This document shows, piece by piece, positions 1-8,625 of a DNA stretch of 36,973 nt. Source of the DNA: a virus (lineage: Duplodnaviria > Caudoviricetes). The translations under genes were made by a program, and so were the position numbers. A model generated the notes under the pieces. That model had not been told where the DNA came from and searched no databases. It saw only the letters and a list, made by a program, of their open reading frames with translations. Within the stretch, counting starts at the first letter, position 1. Every line of letters begins with the position of its first letter. The stretch lies in IMG/VR virus record IMGVR_UViG_3300016649_000276, positions 1 through 36,973 of that record; one strand, written 5' to 3'.

Positions 1-32
1 CGGGATTGCCCTCGGCAATGTCTGTGGGGGAG

Positions 33-47
33 TGATCAATTCTGCAT
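33..47 (+). repeat. attL transposase-binding site L1 (TGATCAATTCTGCAT)
   Basis: 11/15 match to the right-end repeat CGATTTATTTTGCAT, at the same offset (position 11) from the terminal TG. Confidence 0.75.
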
Positions 48-158
48 AGTGATTAAGTTAGGTCTGGAAGATAGCAATGCCAGGCGGGGCGCGGTATTCA
101 GAGGATTTAAGAGGTTTTGCATAGCTCACGAAAAATCGAGCAAAAATATCAAAAAATG

Positions 159-173
159 CGTTTTATTTTGCAC
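159..173 (+). repeat. attL internal transposase-binding site (CGTTTTATTTTGCAC)
   Basis: 14/15 match to the repeat at 36856-36870; separated from L1 by a long spacer, as in Mu attL. Confidence 0.75.
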
Positions 174-330
174 GGTTCTGATCTTGTTATGATCACGTTT
201 AAACAGCTTCTGAGCAGGCTTCATCGATAATTCACATGTTCTTTGCCTTAGAGCCATAAAGAAAGATGCAATGTCGATGTTTATAAAGTTTTCTTAAATT
301 AATTGTCATTTATTTCATAATGATGCATAC

Positions 331-390
331 GATAGGATAGTGGTCAGTTTTTTCTAAAAACACCAACCCATTTACTTTTCCTATCCTATC
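331..390 (-). terminator. Long hairpin at the 3' end of the repressor gene (possible terminator or processing site)
   Basis: GATAGGATAG (331-340) is a perfect inverted repeat of CTATCCTATC (381-390), with inner TGGT/ACCA and GTTTTT/AAAAAC pairings. It overlaps the repressor stop codon. No clear U-tract. Confidence 0.35.
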
Positions 391-949
391 CAGCCTGTTT
401 ATCATCTGACAAGAGGCTTTGCTGAGCTACGCCTTGACCGCTCTGAGATGTCCCCTCTTTTATCTGTTCGTAAACACGAAGAACCCTTGCTCTTTCAGCC
501 TCGGATAGCTGTAGGAAGTTTTCAACATTTGCCATCCCATTCAATGCCGAGAGTATTCCTGAAATGCCATGCGAAATTATTGCATCAGTCAGTACCTCAA
601 CTTGCTCAGTAGATAGTCTTTGCAAGATTGCATCGGCAGGGTTATCGCTTTTTGTGAACGAATTCCGCACCATCACCTCGTCTTTTTGTTCGACACCGCA
701 AAGCAGCCAAATAAGAGAAACATTACATGCATGTGCCACCAGGGCAGCACTGTCTATTCCTGGATAAATATCCCCCCGAAGGTATTTCCTAACCGTCGTT
801 TCAGACATGCCACTTTTCCTACCCAGCTCACTGTTACTCATGCCATTCATTGCTGTTTTAAGTCTCTCGCTAAATCGGTTTATTCCGCTCGTGACAAAAA
901 TCCGATCTCGGTCAATTGTAGTTTCTGCGGTTTTTTTCTTGTAACTCAT
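386..949 (-). CDS. Phage immunity repressor (XRE/Cro-C1 HTH), Mu c-equivalent, 187 aa
   Basis: HTH 'MSNSELGRKSGMSETTVRKYLRGDIYP...LVAHACNVSLIWLLCG'; divergent from ner at the left end. ATG at 949 preferred over the TTG at 1000. Confidence 0.88.
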   Translation of the reverse strand: MSYKKKTAETTIDRDRIFVTSGINRFSERLKTAMNGMSNSELGRKSGMSETTVRKYLRGDIYPGIDSAALVAHACNVSLIWLLCGVEQKDEVMVRNSFTKSDNPADAILQRLSTEQVEVLTDAIISHGISGILSALNGMANVENFLQLSEAERARVLRVYEQIKEGTSQSGQGVAQQSLLSDDKQAG

Positions 950-1017
950 TGATGTTAATCCATTTCGTTGTGCTTGTTGGGTCAATTTAAAGCCAAACAA
1001 TAAACCGAGTTATTTAT

Positions 1018-1046
1018 TTGACATCGGATTATTGTTCGAGTAACTT
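1018..1046 (+). promoter_or_regulatory. Early lytic promoter Pe (sigma70)
   Basis: TTGACA (1018-1023), 17-bp spacer, TAACTT (1041-1046), about 60 bp upstream of ner. Confidence 0.75.
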
Positions 1047-1106
1047 TAAACGCATACGATAACCGCATTTGATTATCGTTTTAGGTAAACAGAAGAGGAT
1101 CACACA

Positions 1107-1385
1107 ATGCAGTTGCTGAAACAAGATATGGCCAATTTGTTTGTTCATGCGGGGCGTGACTGGTCTAGCAAGGCAATCATTGCTGCCCTGGATCGTCAGG
1201 GCGTCAACCTCCGTGACATTGAGAAAGAGTTGTCGCTGAAGGAAAGCAGTATTCGTAACGTTTTTTATCGCAAGTGTGGTCGGTATGAAGAAGCTATCGC
1301 ACAAAAAATCGGTATCGCTCCAGAAGTTATATGGCCAAGCCGCTATCTCCCTGGCGAACGTGCTGCTGCTAAGACGGAGATTTAA
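1107..1385 (+). CDS. ner: Ner-like DNA-binding repressor of early transcription
   Basis: 'DWSSKAIIAALDRQGVNL...EEAIAQKIGIAPEVIWPSRY' is the Ner/SfsB signature; position between c and A. Confidence 0.92.
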   Translation: MQLLKQDMANLFVHAGRDWSSKAIIAALDRQGVNLRDIEKELSLKESSIRNVFYRKCGRYEEAIAQKIGIAPEVIWPSRYLPGERAAAKTEI

Positions 1386-1387
1386 AG

Positions 1388-3439
1388 ATGTCTATTTGGC
1401 TAACAGCTAAAGAGTGTGCAGGTCTTCCAGGTTTTCCGACGATGGAGCACAACATTCGTAATCGCCTGGATAAGCAGTCAGGTGGAAATTCAGCATTACG
1501 TCGCCGCCGTGAAGGTTCAAAGGCATTCGAATATCACATGGATTGTTTGCCAGAAGTAGCAAAGCAAATCGTTCAAGAGCGCTTTTTAAATACGCTGTTA
1601 ACCAAACCCAATAACGGTTTTAAACACAGTTTAAAAACCAATAAAAGCGCGGTCAGGGTCACACAGGAATTGGATCTGATGCGTAAGTGCCCGGCTATTT
1701 TGGAAAATAAGGTCTCTGTGCTTAATAACGATCAGCGTGTCACAGCCGATGCTCGTATGGCGCTGGTGGTTGAAGTTTTGCGCCTGGAGAATGAAGCCGG
1801 CCTGAGCCGTATTTCTGCCATCAAATACATTACCGCGAAGGCGCAGTCTGAGAGTTTGCCGGAACAGTTGCAGGAATGCGTCAAGTTTGCCAATGCCCGC
1901 CGTGGTAAAGAACGCACGCTCAGCGTCCGTTCACTCAATGGCTGGGTGCTGGATTACCTGCGCGGCAAAGATGCAGCTGAGCGCCTGGCGCTGCTGGCTC
2001 CTGGGTACAACAAGGCAAAACCAGTCGAAAACATCCGGTGGATGCCGATGTTTATGGCCAATTACCGCACCACACACGGTCTCTCTGTAGCCGAAGCCTA
2101 TGAAGGTTTTTGCCTGGACTGGCAGCAGCAGTATGCTGACCAGCCCGCCATGTTGATGGCCATACCGTCAATTCATGCGGTACATCGTGCCCTGAACAAG
2201 TTGCCAAAACTGGTACGTCAGCGTGGGCGCGTGACCGGTTCTGCACTCACAGCTCTGCAAACTTACGTTAAACGTGACTGGTCACAAATGCCGGTGAATG
2301 GTGTTTGGATCGGGGATGGCCACAGCATGAAAATGAAAGTCGCTCACCCTGAGCATGGCCGTCCGTTCACACCTGAAATCACACTGGTTATCGATGGCCG
2401 CACGCGTTTTGTCGTGGGCTGGAGCCTGAGTCTGTCAGAGAACACCATCGCCGTGGCCGATGCGCTGCGCTATGGCATGGAAAGATGCGGCGTGCCGTTG
2501 CTGTACTACTCCGATAACGGTGCGGGTGAAACCGCAAAACTGCTCGACGCACCGCTGACCGGTATCCTTCCGCGTCTCGGTATCGAACACCCGACCGGTA
2601 TTCCCGGCAACCCGCAGGCACGCGGCATTATCGAACGCCTGAACAAGGAAATCCCGGCGCGTATAGCCCGTAAATTTGCCACTTATAACGGCAAGCTTGC
2701 CGACCGTGAAACGGCGCGGATCACCAGTCGGGCCATTGACTCAGCGGTAAACGCTATCAACCAGAATAAGCCACTCAATAACGTACAGCAGAACGCGCTG
2801 GCCAAGCTGCCATCGTGGAATCAGTTGCTGGATGCCATTGAGATTGAAATCGAGAGTTACAACACGCAGCACCGTCACAGCGAGTTGCCACAGCGGGAAG
2901 ATGGTAAGCACTACACGCCAGCGGAGTATCGCGAAAGCCTGCTGCCGGAAGCCGAGATTGACCGTCTTTCCGTGGTCGAGCTGCGCGACATGTTCAGACC
3001 GCAGGTTACCCGTATTGCACAGCGTGGCTGGGTCAAGTTATTCAACAACGATTATTTCTCAGAAGACCTGATCCAAGTAGATGGCAAAGAAGTGGCCGTG
3101 GCTTTTGATATTCACAGCGCCGAGTCGGTCACTGTGCGCCATATCGACGGCACCTTTATTTGCACCGCCATCTGGAACGGCAACACCCGTGCTGCCTTCC
3201 CGGTTGAATACATTGAGAAAGTGAAGAAAGACCGCCATACCCGCCGGATGGGGCTGAATGAACGTAAGGCAGAGGAAATCGACGCCGAGCTAAATCCTGT
3301 CCGCACTATCGAACATGCACCGGATTTCGGGGCATTACTGCAGGGGCAATCTGAGCAAATTATTGATGACCGGGAGCCGATGTTTTTATTTGAGTCGGAA
3401 CGAGAAGAGTATTTGAGTAAAAAAAATAAAGCGGTCTGA
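1388..3439 (+). CDS. MuA-type DDE transposase
   Basis: N-terminal Mu DNA-binding domain (WLTAKECAGLPGFP); catalytic triad in WIGDGH, YSDNG and GIIERLN; Mu transposase C-terminal domain. Confidence 0.97.
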   Translation: MSIWLTAKECAGLPGFPTMEHNIRNRLDKQSGGNSALRRRREGSKAFEYHMDCLPEVAKQIVQERFLNTLLTKPNNGFKHSLKTNKSAVRVTQELDLMRKCPAILENKVSVLNNDQRVTADARMALVVEVLRLENEAGLSRISAIKYITAKAQSESLPEQLQECVKFANARRGKERTLSVRSLNGWVLDYLRGKDAAERLALLAPGYNKAKPVENIRWMPMFMANYRTTHGLSVAEAYEGFCLDWQQQYADQPAMLMAIPSIHAVHRALNKLPKLVRQRGRVTGSALTALQTYVKRDWSQMPVNGVWIGDGHSMKMKVAHPEHGRPFTPEITLVIDGRTRFVVGWSLSLSENTIAVADALRYGMERCGVPLLYYSDNGAGETAKLLDAPLTGILPRLGIEHPTGIPGNPQARGIIERLNKEIPARIARKFATYNGKLADRETARITSRAIDSAVNAINQNKPLNNVQQNALAKLPSWNQLLDAIEIEIESYNTQHRHSELPQREDGKHYTPAEYRESLLPEAEIDRLSVVELRDMFRPQVTRIAQRGWVKLFNNDYFSEDLIQVDGKEVAVAFDIHSAESVTVRHIDGTFICTAIWNGNTRAAFPVEYIEKVKKDRHTRRMGLNERKAEEIDAELNPVRTIEHAPDFGALLQGQSEQIIDDREPMFLFESEREEYLSKKNKAV

Positions 3440-3482
3440 CCGCCATCAGAAACCGCTTTTATCACTACTGGAGAAATAAAGT

Positions 3483-4376
3483 ATGTCAACAAAAGAACAG
3501 CTTGTCGAATTAATGGAACGTAAAGGGCTTACCCAAACGCAGGTTTCCCGTGCGATTGGTAAGAGCACGGCCCTGGTCAGTCAGTTCCTGCAGGAAAAGT
3601 ATACGGGTGATATGGACGGGGTTAATGCCCTTGTGCAGGACTTTATTGACCGCACCCGCGAAAAGGACAAAGCGCAAAAGGTCGAAGTGAAATTTGTGCC
3701 CACCTCAACCGCCCGCAAAGCGCTGGAAATCATCCGCCTGGCACACGTTGACGGTGAAATTAACGTCCTGTATGGCGAAGCCGGGCTGGGTAAAACCATG
3801 GCCCTGAAATCTTACGCGGCCAGCAACCCGACGGCGCTGCTGATTGAAGCCGACCCGAGCTATACCGCACGCGTATTGCTGGAAGAAATCTGCAACCGCC
3901 TGAACCTGTCTACTCGCGGCAACATGCACGAACTGTTTGAACTGTGTGTGGCCAAGCTTCGGAACACGGGTTATCTGCTGATGATTGACGAAGGTGAGCT
4001 GTTGCCACACCGGGCTTTAGAAGTTCTGCGCCGCATTCATGACAAGACGGGGATCGGCATTGTCCTGGCCGGTATGCCTCGCCTAATTATTAACCTGAAA
4101 GGTAAGCGCGGCGAGTTTGTGCAGCTCCACAGTCGTGTCGGTTTCGCTCTCAATATCGGTAATGCTCTGTCGCAGGATGACAGCGACTTGATCGCGTCTA
4201 CCATCCTGCCAGATGCGCTTTCCAGAGATATGAGTGAAGTGCTTTACAAAGAAAGCCGGGGTAATGCCCGCCGCTTGTTCAAGTTGCTGCGCGGTGTGAT
4301 TCGTACCAGCCACATCAATGACCGCGAAGTGAATGTCACCACCGTCCGGCAGTTTGCCGAAATGCTGATTAATTAG
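3483..4376 (+). CDS. MuB-type AAA+ ATPase, target-capture protein
   Basis: N-terminal HTH, Walker A GEAGLGKT, Walker B LMIDE; follows the transposase. Confidence 0.95.
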   Translation: MSTKEQLVELMERKGLTQTQVSRAIGKSTALVSQFLQEKYTGDMDGVNALVQDFIDRTREKDKAQKVEVKFVPTSTARKALEIIRLAHVDGEINVLYGEAGLGKTMALKSYAASNPTALLIEADPSYTARVLLEEICNRLNLSTRGNMHELFELCVAKLRNTGYLLMIDEGELLPHRALEVLRRIHDKTGIGIVLAGMPRLIINLKGKRGEFVQLHSRVGFALNIGNALSQDDSDLIASTILPDALSRDMSEVLYKESRGNARRLFKLLRGVIRTSHINDREVNVTTVRQFAEMLIN

Positions 4377-4386
4377 GAGATTCGCC

Positions 4387-4620
4387 ATGTGCCAGTTACC
4401 GATTAATAACCCTGAACTGATGCGCCCAATTAATGGGCTGATGCGTGCCGGCATCAAAATTGTTGAATTTAACTCTCACTTTCGCCGCCCGGTTATCGAG
4501 GTGGATCGTCCCTTCAAATCATGGGAGCGCAATGCAGCGGAAATCACAGAGACCCGCAACGGCGTTAAATCTATCGTCAAAATGACCATCTGGCGCGGCG
4601 CCCACATCATCTGGAGATAA
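4387..4620 (+). CDS. Hypothetical early protein
   Basis: AGGAG RBS upstream; tightly packed in the early operon. Confidence 0.75.
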   Translation: MCQLPINNPELMRPINGLMRAGIKIVEFNSHFRRPVIEVDRPFKSWERNAAEITETRNGVKSIVKMTIWRGAHIIWR

Positions 4621-4624
4621 TGAA

Positions 4625-4852
4625 ATGACAAGAGTTAATCGTCAGTACTCAGCGTTTATCAAACAGTGCCACCAGGAAGGTACCGCGCTCTTATGTTTCC
4701 CTTGTCCTGTCTGCAGCAGCGAGATTGAAACGCTTGCAGCGCCACAAGGTGCTATCTGGGACACCGCGAGCACTTGCCCGTATTGTGCGGCCTTTTTCTT
4801 CAAGGTCGTGAACGATACAACGGTTAACACAATCAATCCCTGGGGTAATTAA
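4625..4852 (+). CDS. Small putative zinc-ribbon protein
   Basis: CPVC...CPYC pairs; GGAG RBS; stop overlaps the next start (TAATG). Confidence 0.7.
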   Translation: MTRVNRQYSAFIKQCHQEGTALLCFPCPVCSSEIETLAAPQGAIWDTASTCPYCAAFFFKVVNDTTVNTINPWGN

Positions 4853-5052
4853 TGGCAAAAATCATCATCACGTTAACTGAAGGTGCCCGTGGTGTCGGGT
4901 GTGGTTGTCATATCGAGGCAGAGGGAGGCGACAGCACATTACTCACCAAAATCGCCTCAACTGTAGGGTTTGGCCTTGCTGGCCATGTCAGTGAAAAAGT
5001 GCGTAATGCCATCATCAACCGTAAAAAAGAAGGAAAAAACAATGTCCATTAA
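4852..5052 (+). CDS. Hypothetical early protein
   Basis: Translationally coupled to both neighbours. Confidence 0.7.
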   Translation: MAKIIITLTEGARGVGCGCHIEAEGGDSTLLTKIASTVGFGLAGHVSEKVRNAIINRKKEGKNNVH

Positions 5053-5662
5053 TGAAAAAAAAGTGCCAGAAGGCTACATGCTCGACCGCAAAGGTCGTCT
5101 GGTACCACACGATCAGGTGTCCGGGTTCGATTTGGAAATGGACGCGTTCGTCCGTACCCAGGTTGCCGAGGCTTTGGAAGAAAGCGCCCGTATTAAGACG
5201 TTTAAGTCGAAGTCTTTCGACGAGTGTTATGCCTGGCTTGATCTGGTCGCCGAGAAATACGGCAAAACCCGTGGTGGCGTGAAAGGTAACGTCACGTTCG
5301 CCAGCTATGACGGCAGTAAACAAATCAGCATCAAGGTGCAGGACTCGCTGACATTCGGGCCGGAACTGCAGATTGCGAAAGAGATCATTGATGAATGCAT
5401 CAATGAGTGGTCACAGGGGGCGAATGCCAACCTGCAAGCCATCATCAGCGATGCGTTCTCAGTCGATAAAGAGGGCCAGCTCAATACCGGCCGTATTCTG
5501 TCCCTGCGTCGTATCAAGATTGACGACGACCGCTGGCGTCAGGCGATGGAGGCGATTTCTGAGTCGTTGCAGGTGGCGGTCTCTAAGGCCTATATCAACT
5601 TCCGTCAGAAAGATGCCGACGGCAAGCTGGTGAATATCCCTCTCGATATTGCGGCGGTGTGA
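5042..5662 (+). CDS. DUF3164-family Mu-like early protein, 206 aa
   Basis: 'GYMLDRKGRLVP...GGVKGNVTFASYDG...FGPELQIAKEIIDEC...AFSVDKEGQLN...IPLDIAAV'; AAGGA RBS before ATG 5042. Confidence 0.85.
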   Translation: MSINEKKVPEGYMLDRKGRLVPHDQVSGFDLEMDAFVRTQVAEALEESARIKTFKSKSFDECYAWLDLVAEKYGKTRGGVKGNVTFASYDGSKQISIKVQDSLTFGPELQIAKEIIDECINEWSQGANANLQAIISDAFSVDKEGQLNTGRILSLRRIKIDDDRWRQAMEAISESLQVAVSKAYINFRQKDADGKLVNIPLDIAAV

Positions 5663-5663
5663 T

Positions 5664-5906
5664 ATGGCAAGTCGCTCAAACCGGATTAATGAAAATGCCG
5701 TGCGTAACCGCTTTATTGCCTACGCTCGCGGTGCAGCAGCTGCAGAACGCCGCGCTGAATATGATACAGCGGCAGACCTGTGGCGTAAGGCCAGCAATAT
5801 GCCTTGCCACCGTGTCAACGCGGATCATGCTCTGTTACGTGCTGATTTCTGTACCAATGCCGCGAAAAAGAGCTGGGGGCCTCAACATGAAAGCGAAACA
5901 GTTTAA
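5664..5906 (+). CDS. ANR-family small regulator-like protein, 80 aa
   Basis: 'AAAAERRAEYDTAADLWRKA...RADFC' pattern. Confidence 0.7.
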   Translation: MASRSNRINENAVRNRFIAYARGAAAAERRAEYDTAADLWRKASNMPCHRVNADHALLRADFCTNAAKKSWGPQHESETV

Positions 5907-6078
5907 CGAGTTGTACCCGGTGGGCACCTATTTCATCCACCACCCCTGCAAGGTGTTTAACGATGCCAGCGTGGTGAAAACGGTTGATGAAGCGCGTGAT
6001 TTTACGTCAGCAACGGTGGTTGAAATTAACGTTGCACCTTATTTCGTTAATACAAAATCGTTAACACCAGCGGACTGA
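5887..6078 (+). CDS. Hypothetical protein with FNxxYPVG domain, 63 aa
   Basis: GGGGG RBS before ATG 5887; homologous to the N-terminus of 6871..7395. Confidence 0.75.
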   Translation: MKAKQFNELYPVGTYFIHHPCKVFNDASVVKTVDEARDFTSATVVEINVAPYFVNTKSLTPAD

Positions 6079-6108
6079 TTTAACTCTTTTTTAAATCTTC
6101 TTTAAATA

Positions 6109-6141
6109 TGGCGTAAACCCGCCAGGGGCGCGCTTACGCCA
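6109..6141 (+). promoter_or_regulatory. Intergenic stem-loop
   Basis: TGGCGTAA/TTACGCCA outer stem enclosing a CCC-GCCA-GGG inner hairpin; no U-tract follows. Confidence 0.55.
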
Positions 6142-6161
6142 AAATTATGCAGAGGCTTATT

Positions 6162-6866
6162 ATGAATAAAGAAAAGTATCTCGCGAAAATAAAGAAACTC
6201 CTGGCTTTAGGTAAATCTACAAATAGCCATGAAGCGGCTTTAGCCCTCGCCCGTGCCCGTAAATTAATGGCGGAATACCACATCAGTGAGATTGATGTCT
6301 GCATTTCTGATATCAGCGAAGCCAGCAGTCAGGGTGCCCCCTCTGACGCCCAGTCGATGCCAGTTTATATGGCGGGGTTGATCCAGGTTATTCAGAAAGC
6401 CTTTGGCGTGCAGTCATATGGCAGTTGGCGCTATACCCCACGCGGCATTCCGAAACGTATTGTCACCTTCTACGGCCCGGAAGAGCGTCCGCAGATTTCC
6501 GTTTATGCCTGGACGGTATTAAGCCGCCAGCTGGTTCGGGCCAGGGCAGATTATTTGTCCGGTCTGCGCCGCAGCATCAAATCAGAGACCCGCATTGCCC
6601 GCGCTGACAAGTTCTGTGAAGGCTGGGTGGTAGGCGTCGATCTTCTGGTGCAGAAGTTCGCTGTCACCGAAAGCGAACAAACCCTGATGCAGGCTTATAT
6701 CAGTAAATACAAATCGCAGATGAAAACCATAACTCCACGCGAAGCCAAACAGACCCGTGGCGGTCTGGGTGATGCTGGCCACAGTGGTTATCTGGCGGGC
6801 AAGAACGCCACCCTGAATCATGCAGTGAATGGTTCCGGTCAGTCACCTTTGCAGATTGAGGGCTAA
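6162..6866 (+). CDS. DUF2786-domain protein, 234 aa
   Basis: N-terminal 'KYLAKIKKLLALGKSTNSHEAALALARARKLMAEY'; GAGG RBS. Confidence 0.85.
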   Translation: MNKEKYLAKIKKLLALGKSTNSHEAALALARARKLMAEYHISEIDVCISDISEASSQGAPSDAQSMPVYMAGLIQVIQKAFGVQSYGSWRYTPRGIPKRIVTFYGPEERPQISVYAWTVLSRQLVRARADYLSGLRRSIKSETRIARADKFCEGWVVGVDLLVQKFAVTESEQTLMQAYISKYKSQMKTITPREAKQTRGGLGDAGHSGYLAGKNATLNHAVNGSGQSPLQIEG

Positions 6867-6870
6867 CACC

Positions 6871-7395
6871 ATGACTCACTTTCTGAAACACCTTACCGCT
6901 GAAAAGTTTAATGAAAAATACCCGGTCGGTAGCCGCTTCAAATACTTCTCCGTCTTAGGCATCCCTGACAGCGTTGAAGTCACCACGCGATCAGTTGCCT
7001 GGACACTCGGCAGCGGTCATGTCGTTGTCAGCCTGACGGGCCGTGCCGGTGGTTTCCATATCAGGCATCTGCAGTACCTGGGAGAACCACTAAAGGAAGT
7101 GCCGCGTCTCACTATCTTTGACGTTGAGATGGTGAAAGGCCTGTGCGTCAAGACCATGAGCCACTACCCGCTGACCAGCGACAACCTAGTCGGTAAATCA
7201 GAATGTCCTATGTGTCAGGGTGAAGGGTACGTCGATATCGCTGGCCTGACGCCAGCTAAACACCAATTAGCCATCGATATTCTGGGTATGACTGCTGACG
7301 TGGCGGTATTGGAAGAGTGGGTTAAAACCATTACGCCAGAGCTGGTTTTGCGTCTGGCCAATCAGGTTAACCTGGGAACAGGAGCACAGAAATGA
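6871..7395 (+). CDS. Hypothetical mosaic protein (FNxxYPVG domain, CxxC, Ead/Ea22-like tail), 174 aa
   Basis: GAGGG RBS; CPMCQGEG motif; C-terminal 'TPELVLRL'. Confidence 0.7.
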   Translation: MTHFLKHLTAEKFNEKYPVGSRFKYFSVLGIPDSVEVTTRSVAWTLGSGHVVVSLTGRAGGFHIRHLQYLGEPLKEVPRLTIFDVEMVKGLCVKTMSHYPLTSDNLVGKSECPMCQGEGYVDIAGLTPAKHQLAIDILGMTADVAVLEEWVKTITPELVLRLANQVNLGTGAQK

Positions 7396-7685
7396 CGATT
7401 ACAATTGATTCAATTTGGGTGTTGTGTGGTCTGTGTGTTGTTGCGGGAATAGGCCTGGGATTTGGTGGATATCTTGGATTGAACGGAGCGGTTGCCTGGC
7501 AAAAAGGCGCGGTTTGGATAGGCGCAAAGTTTGCTGACCTCATTTTATACATCATCAGTTTTATTAAGCGTCGCAATATTTCAGCTCAGTCACCTCGCTA
7601 TATATGGCGATACACAATTCTAATGGTGACTGTTTTTTGGATATTAACCAGTTTGTTGGTTATCTATCTGGTGGTGTGGAAATGA
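7392..7685 (+). CDS. Small membrane protein (2-3 TM segments)
   Basis: Hydrophobic stretches; ATGA overlaps on both sides; AT-richer than neighbours. Confidence 0.7.
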   Translation: MTITIDSIWVLCGLCVVAGIGLGFGGYLGLNGAVAWQKGAVWIGAKFADLILYIISFIKRRNISAQSPRYIWRYTILMVTVFWILTSLLVIYLVVWK

Positions 7686-8248
7686 TTAAATCAACCGATG
7701 TATTTAACCCTAAAAGGCTCGATGAGTTAGCCTATGGCAGGACCAGTGCAACACTCCGGGAAATAAATATGATGGGGAGATTAATTTTGCGGGCTACCCC
7801 TGCAGAACACTCTGATGATTTCCATTTTGACCTGTTCGCCGCCTGCTGCAAAGAAAAGCTGGCCACTGCTCGCAACAAGGGGCGCAGTGGCTGGGATAAT
7901 CCCGAGGTCTGTTCAGTTGAACATCTTGCTGAATTACTCGTGCATCATCTGACGAAAGGGAATGCCGGAACGTTCGAGGATATTGCCAATTTCGCCATGA
8001 TGCTGCACCAGCGTTCTGCTGATCCGAAGGTGCTGGCAAGAGCGTTTCGCTCGCAGCGCTTTATTCTTACTCCAGGGGAGAAAGACGCGGTAGAGCGGGC
8101 TCTGAATGCAATACCGCCTAAACCTCTGGAAAGATGTGCAGCCGGGCGGGATGGCGAATGTAATCATCCCGATTGTCCGCAACTTCGTGATAATGAGCCT
8201 GCAGCTTCTGGCCGCCATTGTCCTATAGATACCTGGGAAGAAGAGTGA
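7682..8248 (+). CDS. Hypothetical phage accessory protein with a Cys/His-rich C-terminus, 188 aa
   Basis: 'KLATARNKGRSGWD...HHLTKG...DIANFAMML' helical module seen in phage accessory proteins; C-terminal C-x7-C-x-H-x2-C...HC. Confidence 0.7.
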   Translation: MIKSTDVFNPKRLDELAYGRTSATLREINMMGRLILRATPAEHSDDFHFDLFAACCKEKLATARNKGRSGWDNPEVCSVEHLAELLVHHLTKGNAGTFEDIANFAMMLHQRSADPKVLARAFRSQRFILTPGEKDAVERALNAIPPKPLERCAAGRDGECNHPDCPQLRDNEPAASGRHCPIDTWEEE

Positions 8249-8625
8249 TGGCTAAATCTCCCGCAGAACGCAAAGCCGATCAGCGTGCCCGTCAGAGCAA
8301 AGCTACTGGTCTGCACCGTATCGAAATCCAACTGTCTGAACGGGAATATCAAATGGCGCTGCAAGGATGCAGCCGCCGTAATCCCGGTCGTAATCCCTAT
8401 AGCATCAAAGAGTATTTGGAGTTACTGCTGTTCTGTGACGGCCAGCGCCTCGATCGTCAGGAATCGAATCTGGGTAAGTGCAAGCAATGTGGTGAGCAAC
8501 TACCGAAAGGCTGTGGGGCTGTATTTATCGGCGAAAGTGGCTGTTGGTTCACCCGTGATGCTAAAGCATTGAATCTTACTAACGTGACTGGTCACGCCAA
8601 TTTAGACGAGGTGACCCATGACTGA
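8248..8625 (+). CDS. Hypothetical DNA-binding/zinc-binding protein, 125 aa
   Basis: 'MAKSPAERKADQRARQ' N-terminus; CKQC...C...C cluster; TGATG overlap. Confidence 0.75.
   Translation: MAKSPAERKADQRARQSKATGLHRIEIQLSEREYQMALQGCSRRNPGRNPYSIKEYLELLLFCDGQRLDRQESNLGKCKQCGEQLPKGCGAVFIGESGCWFTRDAKALNLTNVTGHANLDEVTHD

Noticed and set aside
5-19. ATTGCC-CTC-GGCAAT palindrome in the left flank as a targeting signal
   Set aside because: A 6-bp stem in 22 bp of flank; one insertion cannot show target preference.
108-151. Further attL transposase sites (TAAGAGGTTTTGCAT; inverted TGATATTTTTGCTC)
   Set aside because: Only partial matches, or one base short of the 15-bp consensus.
232-309. Short minus-strand ORF downstream of the repressor
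   Set aside because: Only 25 codons with no recognisable features.
950-1000. Longer repressor start at 1000 and a candidate Pc promoter (TTGACC at 980-985, minus strand)
   Set aside because: The extension runs through the control region; the best -10 (TAACAT) is 22 bp away, so no promoter call was made.
1000-1085. CG-centred AT-rich motifs (AACCGA, ATCGGA, AACCGC, ATCGTT) as operators
   Set aside because: Plausible location, but too degenerate to define a consensus by eye.
5042-5662. Calling this gene gam
   Set aside because: The position fits but the motifs are DUF3164-like; no Gam-like sequence was recognised.
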